In this document: one piece after another, positions 56,901 through 64,000 of the stretch
Position numbering within the stretch: the stretch's first letter is position 1
How the letters are laid out: each line of letters starts with the position of its first letter
Assembly (NCBI GenBank): GCA_036172245.1
Contig: JAYWIR010000011.1
Coordinates: 248,001 to 312,000, forward strand
Origin: Raillietiella orientalis
Lineage: Eukaryota
DNA: 64,000 nt
Reading direction: 5' to 3'
Position numbers and translations under genes: made by a program
Notes under the pieces: generated by a model
Seen by the model: only the letters and a program-made list of their open reading frames with translations
What the model was told of the DNA's origin: nothing
Databases searched by the model: none

Positions 56901-57696
56901 CCTTCATCTTCCCCCCCAGGTGTCCTCAACACGCGCACTCTCCGGAAACGCGTCCCCACGGGTCACAGGAGCGGCGGCAACCTGGCTGGCTCAACTCGCG
57001 ATGGCAAGAGCAGCAGCGGTGCGACCCGCGCGCGCGCGCGAGGAACGCCTGCGGGCTCGCGTCTACGGCAGGCGCCCCATCGCCCGTCCGGACGCTGCGG
57101 ATCGGGTAGACGCTCGAAGGGACGGGCGTGTCCGGGGAAAGAGGATGCGGGAGAGCCCACGACGAGGACAGGAAAGAGACGCAAACGAGTCATCAAAGAT
57201 GACTCTTGCACCCATCGGCGAGCGGGCCGTGGCATCGACCAGGGAGGTCGGAACGCGCGCGCGTGCACGCATGAAGGGCGAGGAGAACCGACCGTCCCTC
57301 GCAGACGGATTCAGCGTGCGAGGAAGCGGGGAGGGTCCCCCCCCGCACGTCCGTCCAGGGACGGACGACCACGGAGTGAGCAAGGGCAAGGCTCCTCGAG
57401 CCCGCTTCCTTCCACGCTTGCCCCCTCCCCTCCCCCTCGCAGGCACGGGAACCCACTGGCATGGCGAACTCACTTTCTCCTCGGCATATCCAAGGGCACG
57501 CTTGGTCTCCTCGATAGGCCACCGTGGTCTTGGTGAAGCAGCTGCCGACGTCGAGAACCACGACAACGGATCTCCGGGTCTCCGAGGGCGGAGGCCAGAG
57601 CACCTGCCGCTCTTTCGCTTGTTCGGAGGGGCAGGTTGCGCTTCGTGCGGCGGGCGTGGGGGGAAACGAGGCACGGGGAGGCTCCTGGCTCTGCAT
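53925..57696 (-). CDS. Divergent HSPA12-like (atypical Hsp70 family) protein, 11 exons, about 605 aa
   Basis: complement(join(57696..57474,56235..56093,56026..55808,55686..55548,55426..55307,55245..55043,54980..54864,54797..54639,54568..54430,54331..54162,54110..53925)), all GT-AG, phase-consistent, no internal stop. HSPA12-type motifs occur in the expected order: VVVVLDVGS, PSSVLLDPDRALHSFGDAARDAF, VKWVVVISDAW, AGL, LESEASA, LAVVHCGGASLD, LFTGGFSVCPLV, ALHGAL, TSYGVGIFRRFDPRRH, WCADVFERF, YVTDPGVVCCATLRLD. The start codon and exon 1 are uncertain. Confidence 0.8.
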
Positions 57697-58377
57697 CGTC
57701 GGACGGCGCGAAACGCACGCGGGGACGGCGCACGCGGGTTATCTGCACGGTTGGCGGGGAGGAGGAGTGCAGAGGGAAGAGGAGGAGGAAGAGGAGACGA
57801 GTGATATCCGAGACGAGGAGCCGAACCTTGCCTCGCTCCTCGGAAACCCAAGGTGCGTACCTTCCGCCCGGGGTCTCCTGTTTCCAGGTCCTCGCCTCTC
57901 GGTTGGCGGCGAGTACCACGCGAGGAGCGGTCCGCTGGCTCGGGGGAATGACGGGAGTTGGGGCGTGCCGCGGAAGAGTGCGTGTCCGCGTGGCGGTGGC
58001 GGCGAACGTCAAAAGCCCTGTCCGACTTTCTCGCCTCAGCTTTCTTCCTCCCACCACCCCTCCTCGCCTCGCTCCCTCCTTCCGCGGCGGACGCGGCCCC
58101 GCGAAAGGGCTCGTCGTCGCCGTCGCTTCTGCTGAGGGCGGAAGACGCACGTGGGCAGAGGTACGTTTCCCGAGCGACCAACCGTTGCAAGCGCGCAACA
58201 ATGCTTAGGTCAGTACGCGTCGTTGTTGCGTGGGAAACGGAGGCAACAAACACGCGCAACAATCAGAAAAACACCTGCCGTTGCTGCGGGCAACGCACTG
58301 AACGCTCGTGTCCGGTCGTGACCGCTTCCCGCCCGAGCTGCCCGAAAGGAACGCTTTAATGGGGAAACAAACGCGCA

Positions 58378-58409
58378 CAACAACAACAACGACGACGACG
58401 ACGACGACA
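58378..58409. repeat. Compound (CAA)n(CGA)n microsatellite
   Basis: Read directly: four caa units followed by six cga units. Confidence 0.75.
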
Positions 58410-61400
58410 AAAGGAGAAACAAAGAACAAAAAACAGCAATCCGAGCGCGAATCCGAAACTCAATTTCCTTGGAGGGAGAGCGGCAGGCGTGCACGTTGGG
58501 CGCCTTCCGCCGAAGTCACGGTCGGATATTGAGGGTGCTTCCTGACCACACGCCCAACGGAATAAGGAGGGTAACAGGAAAGCTGCCCCGGAGGCAAAGA
58601 TAAACCCAACACCGCGGTGACAACTTTCGGAAAAGATGCCACCCTTCCTTCCTCGCTCCTTCGCCTTCCTCCAGCGGAAGTGAAGGAGCGGATACGGATG
58701 GACGCGTGAAAAGAGATCGAGGGCTGAAGGAACGCTGCAGAACGCTGACGCGTCGGGGACGACGAAGTTCCTTGACGTCCCCATTGTCCCTCCCAGGCAA
58801 GGGAAAGGAACTTTTTTCTCCGTTTCCCCAAAAGTAAGAGATGAGCAGGATGGAAGAGATCTTCGAGGATCGGGGGATACTACGGGGATTTTCCCATACG
58901 GTGATTTTTTTTCTTTGCCCCAGAGTAACCCACTCCTTACCGTTTCGCGAGGCAATGGATCGCCGCCCTCAAACAGGATTTCCCCCAGGACAGGACTTAT
59001 TGGGTCGCGCGGAGCGGTACAAATGGGGACCTCACGCGTGAGACGAGCGCCTTTTTCCGGCCAACTTCAGATGGATCACGCAAGGGTGAAGTCCGACTTT
59101 GATGAAAAGCAACGACGCCCCCAGCTGCTCCAGCGACTACTGCGTACCCCCGAAACGCCTGCGCTGCTGCTGCTGCAGCTGTTGGGGAAGCGCATGCGAT
59201 TCCACCCATCCCCGCGGGCCCGGCCCTTCGGGTCGCTCACCATCGCGCAGAAGCAGATCGCACGGTTGCGCCCAGCTGCGCGCGGCGCTTCACCGCCCGA
59301 CGAAGGCTGCGGGAAGGCCTCCTCCCCTCTCCCATTACCCGTTCGCATCTCCGGTGTGTCCCCCTGACGCAGATGCGGCTGCCGTTTCCCTAAGCCCCGC
59401 CCCTAACTGCGGCGAACGCGCAGTAGGAGCGCGCGCACGCGCACGGAACCAGGACCCTGTCCCCGAGGGTCGATCGTGGGGGCCGCGGGTGGGCATGCAG
59501 GCGCCCTCTTCGCTTTCCCTGAAACCCTAGACGGGCGAACGCCCGACGCACGCGTCCCGGAAACCCGAAGCCAACCCGCTCGCCGGAGTCCCACGAGGGC
59601 GGACAGAGGTGCCGAAGCGGGGGAAGGGGGGGGGGGGCCTCCCGCACACTCGACCTTGGGTCCCCCAGACAGCAACACGGCAAGCTTCCGAGGCATCCGC
59701 CAGGGGAGAGAGGAAGGGGAAGGAGCTTCCCGGATGGCCACCCGATTCCGAGGACATCGTAAAAGATCTTCGGCGAGTGCTGGACGCGAAGCTGCGGAGA
59801 ACGGACGAAACCATTTCAGGGGTGGGGTGGGGTGACGAGGGGTGGGGGAGGAAGAGGCCGAACCTCCCTTGGGAGGAAGCAGGGAGTTTGATCGGGAGGG
59901 GGAAGGGGGGGGGACGTAGAAAAAAGAGTACCGTTAGCGCTTTTCCCGAGGAAAGTACCTTTCGGGAGAGGAATGCCACAGCTGCCGACTCCCCCCCCCC
60001 CCATCGAGCGCGCACAGGCGGCGGGGGTCAAGGGAAGGCAACCGTGCCTGTCTTGCACATGCCGATTCCTGTCCGCTCTCCCTTCAGACTCCTGCAAACC
60101 GACACGGGAAGCCGCGCAGCGCCGGCCCTGGACGGGAGCGCGCGCAACCCGAGTCGGTCGGTCCGGGTACGCGCGCGCGGCGGCAGCTTTCGCTTCCGCC
60201 GCTACACGTCGCGCCTGGAGAGCTCCCTCCCCTGCGCGGCGCCTCCCTGCGAAGGAGAGGTCTCCGGTCGAGCTCGTGGAAACGCAGAGAGCACCAAAGA
60301 CCCCCCTCCCTGCCTCCAGGGAGCGACTGTTGCCGCCGCACGCCGCAGCGGCATGCCCACTCCGACGAGTTGCGAGAATTCCGTGGACCCTCCCTACTAG
60401 AGCGCATGGAAACGAAAGAAGAAAAAAAAAAAAAGGGAGAGAGGGAGAAAGGAGGAGGAGAAAATGACATGATGGAGGCTGAAGCGACTTCCCGGAACAC
60501 GCAGATTCCGAAAGGAGGACCACAGCACCCTGCTTCCCCTTTCCCTCGCCTGGCGAGGTGGCACCGGACCCGCAGTGGTCGGTAGGAAGAATGGAGGGAA
60601 GGGAGGTGAGGGAGGGAGAATTCGCCGGGAAGTTCGGTTTCAGAGGGCGTTTCGCCATCTTTTTGGCGAGGAAGGATCCCGTTGCCAGGAAACCGAGGCA
60701 GCAGGACGGAAAGGCGCCTGGTCCTCGTCTCGCTCCCCTTTTCGAAAGAAGGATGGTCCCATCGACGACGCTAGTGGAGGAGTTCGCCGGTCCAGCGGCA
60801 ATGGCAGGATGGGGCAGGCAGCGGGAGCTGCTGCAGCGGCTGACGAGTGCTCGCGCGCCCGGCTACGGGCGGCCTAGCGCGCTTCCCAGATCCGCTACCG
60901 GAGGGGTCTGCGGCCCGGAGCTGGCCCACCCTCGGGTCCGAAAGGCCTCCGCTTCCACCACCCCGGTTTCGCCCGCGACAGTGCCGGGCGGTAAGTCCAC
61001 TGTTGTGGCCACGCGACGGTGGACGTGGACAGAATGTTGTACATCACGGACCTCCTCCTTTCTCTGTTCCCTTCCCCCCTCCCTCCTTGTTCCCCTTTTT
61101 TTGTTTCAAAAATAGGTCTATTGTCATGCTCTGCACAGGGTCGCTTCCGTGAAAGAAGAATCTTCTTCGCAGGAAGTCGCGTTTTCCTCGCTCGGAGACC
61201 ACCGCCGTCCACCCCATCCTTCCCGTCGGTGGCGTGAAGCCGCGACGAGCTACGGGATTGTCTCCGCCGCTGGGTGTACCGTCGTGGAGGAAGCACGCCT
61301 GTCTGGAAACACCAGGTGCGTCCTGTGTTGGGAAAGACTCGGCAGGCAGAAGAAGGTCCGCGAAGGCCGCAGCCCTGTTCAAGGCTTTGGAGCCCACCTC

Positions 61401-64000
61401 CGAGACGAAGGTTGCTGTGGAGGCGCGAAATCTGGGAAAGACAAACAACCGCGTGCGTTAAGACTAGAGAGGAGACGCGAGGATGCTGCGGGGGCTCCGG
61501 TAGCGACCTCGCGCGTGCGCACACCCTCCAAAAGAGCGGACTGGACACGCCCCACGAGGTCGTGCCGGGATCGCAGGGCGGGGTGCAGCTGCTCCCCGCA
61601 GAGAGCAACGCGTGTCCCAGCCCTGACCACAGCAAAGAAAAGGCTCCCGCCTTCGGGCGGTTCCCGCACGCGGGAGCAGCGCAGCAGGAAGAGTTTTTGA
61701 AGGGAGGAGAATCATTGCGAAGAGATTTTTTTTATATATATAAAAAAAAAAAAAAAAACAGAAAGAAAGAAAAACGAAAGGAGGGATGACGTCACAGGAA
61801 GGAAAACCGAAAGGGCAGGGGCCCGGAGGTGAACAACAGCAAAGCCGCACGACGTGAACTTACCGAACGCTGGCCTGCGGTGGGTGTACCTCAAGACCTT
61901 CATGGCTTCCACTGCAGCCGACTCCAACGCCTAAAAAATAAACGGGACGTCAGCTCTCGAGATGAGGCACGTGCGCTTCGCGAGGACGCGATCGGCCGCG
62001 CCGCTATTTCCTCTTCTGGCCGCTGCCGAAGACGCGCGCAGAAACGAACAACGCTCTCCCCACCGCAACGGACCTCGCAGCGGAGATTCGGCGTCCACCG
62101 CTGCTGGAGGTTGCTGCACAGAGGCGCTGAACGAGAAGATGGACTACGCTCGCTCGCCGTCCCGAACGATCGGCGATCTCCATAGTCCCAAAATGCAGAG
62201 GACCTCCCCCCCCCATGCACACACAAAACACGTAAGGCGGCAGCGAGCACCTTCGCAACGGCGAAAAGTCCAGCAGCATGCAACGAACACAGCCAATCAT
62301 CCGGTTACAACCGTTGCCGAGCAGCCACGTCGTAAGACCAGGGCGGTCGAAGACTCGAAACGCGGGGAGCAGCTTCGAACTCCGCCGCTGCACCTTTCAA
62401 ACTGCCCTTCGGGGCCCCTCTGGCAATCATCCAACATGGGCCAAAGAAGGCCGGACGGGAAACCACGACCACTCATCCTCGTCGAGACTTACAGACGGTC
62501 GTTTCAACCCACACCGTACTGTCGAAACGACTCTTTAGGTTGAGGGAAGACCTTTGGGAGGAGCTTCCGCAATCAATTCGGGACGACACCACGCACACCC
62601 CATACACCTCTTGGAAGACGATCACGAGAAAGCCCCCAACGACGGCCCCGCGCGAGGTGGGCTACGAAAACAAAGGCATCCGTACGAAACACCTGCTGAG
62701 CGGCGTCGGAAAGAGTTGAACGGGCGGTCGCGTTTCTTGGCGCAGCAGGAAGGAGCCTCGCAAAGGCGACTTCCTCCCAAGGGTTCCCCACCAAGGGCAC
62801 AGATGCGTTACCATGTCTTCGAACTCGGAATCACGGCCGGTGAAGTGCATCCCGTTTACGGAGATGGAGGCCCTGATCTTGGAGGCATCCGTGTGACTAG
62901 GCAGCAACTGACACTGTGGGACACATCCATCTGGAACGATTTCAACATAGGATTCCAGTCGGGGTCGCGCCTTGCGACGGACACGCAATCAAGAACCTCC
63001 GAAGACGTTGCCAATCGCGTTCCGAAAGGCGCACACAGGCGAAAGCCATCGCTCCAGGAGGTTCGAGGGAGGGAAAGTGGCTCGTGGGAGCAGGAACCCT
63101 GGCAGCAGGAAGCTACCGCTTCTCCTGAAGGCGAGAAAGTGGAGGAGCTGTGAACTGCAGCCCTTGGAAACGCCCTCGTCCGAGAAAACGCACCGCAAAG
63201 GGCGAATCCGGAGCCACCGGGAGAGAGGGAAGGGCTCTGCTCTCTTCCTTCTCTCCCGATGGGTCGGGAGCTGCGTGCATGACGGCGCACCGGCTCCTGG
63301 AGGAGAAGATGTATGCGACAAGTCGCCGCAGCTGGCTTCGCCCTGTCTGCCCGGCTGATGCGGGTTCCGCGGCAACCGGCGGAAGAGGCTTCCCAATGGG
63401 TGGCTCGCCTGGGGGCGCACAAGGAACTGGTTTTTCGGATTCCGTCACAAACACTTCCTTGGGACGTGCCACCTGCTCACATTAGGAAGCGCCGAGGTGC
63501 ATCCCGACTTGGCATCGAATGCGAGCTGACCGCGTCGGAACTTCGAACGCTCCCCAACCGAGACATGGCGATGGTCTGGTCTTGAACCGCGAAGTGTCAC
63601 GTGCCCACCGGACAGAACGAACCGGCAATCTTCGCAAGACGGATTAAAAAGTTTGCATCAGTGTGAGATCCCGGGAGTCGCGGCCGGTTATCCCGCTGAC
63701 CTCTGCAAACCCGGTCGCCGCAGCACACTGCTCCCCGGCCCAGCAGCAGGCGATTCGCGACTCTCGACCGCGATCGGTGTCTGCACCGCGCGAAAGCGGC
63801 AACGCCGGGAACGCCTGTTCGTTCCCCTCCGATGCAATCAGCGCATCCTCGAATGGGGCACTTCTTGGCACCAAAGTCAGCTCGACGAAAGAGCCATTTC
63901 CGAACGGACGAGAGAATCTGTTTCGGCGCAAGGCGGCAGCCGAGAGCTCCATCACCGCCGCTACCACGGTAACGGTTGCCGCCGATTCACCCGGACTGCT

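Overview
Eukaryotic, intron-containing animal DNA. It looks invertebrate (many introns of about 45-100 nt), but the species cannot be named from this window. Four conserved genes could be spliced by hand into clean reading frames: the 3' part of cullin-2 (+), a complete AP-2 mu subunit gene (+), a DDHD2/SEC23IP-family phospholipase A1 (-) and a three-dsRBD Loquacious/TRBP/PACT-type Dicer partner (-). Their bodies are AT-rich and CpG-poor. They sit in a very GC- and CpG-rich background that holds fast-diverging genes (an intronless NDRG-like protein, an 11-exon HSPA12-like protein with degenerate ATPase motifs, an orphan coiled-coil protein, an orphan putative tail-anchored protein) and a 5'-truncated LINE remnant. 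The most interesting observations are the sharp AT/GC mosaic that switches within single genes (a gene-body-methylation-like footprint) and the loqs-like locus. That locus has two perfect intronic hairpins, a candidate Loqs-PD-like alternative terminal exon, a possible uORF versus N-terminal-extension splice switch, and antisense ORFs. All family assignments rest on remembered motifs; no database search was run. No rRNA, tRNA or CRISPR array was seen. Most GC-rich ORFs in the track are chance frames.
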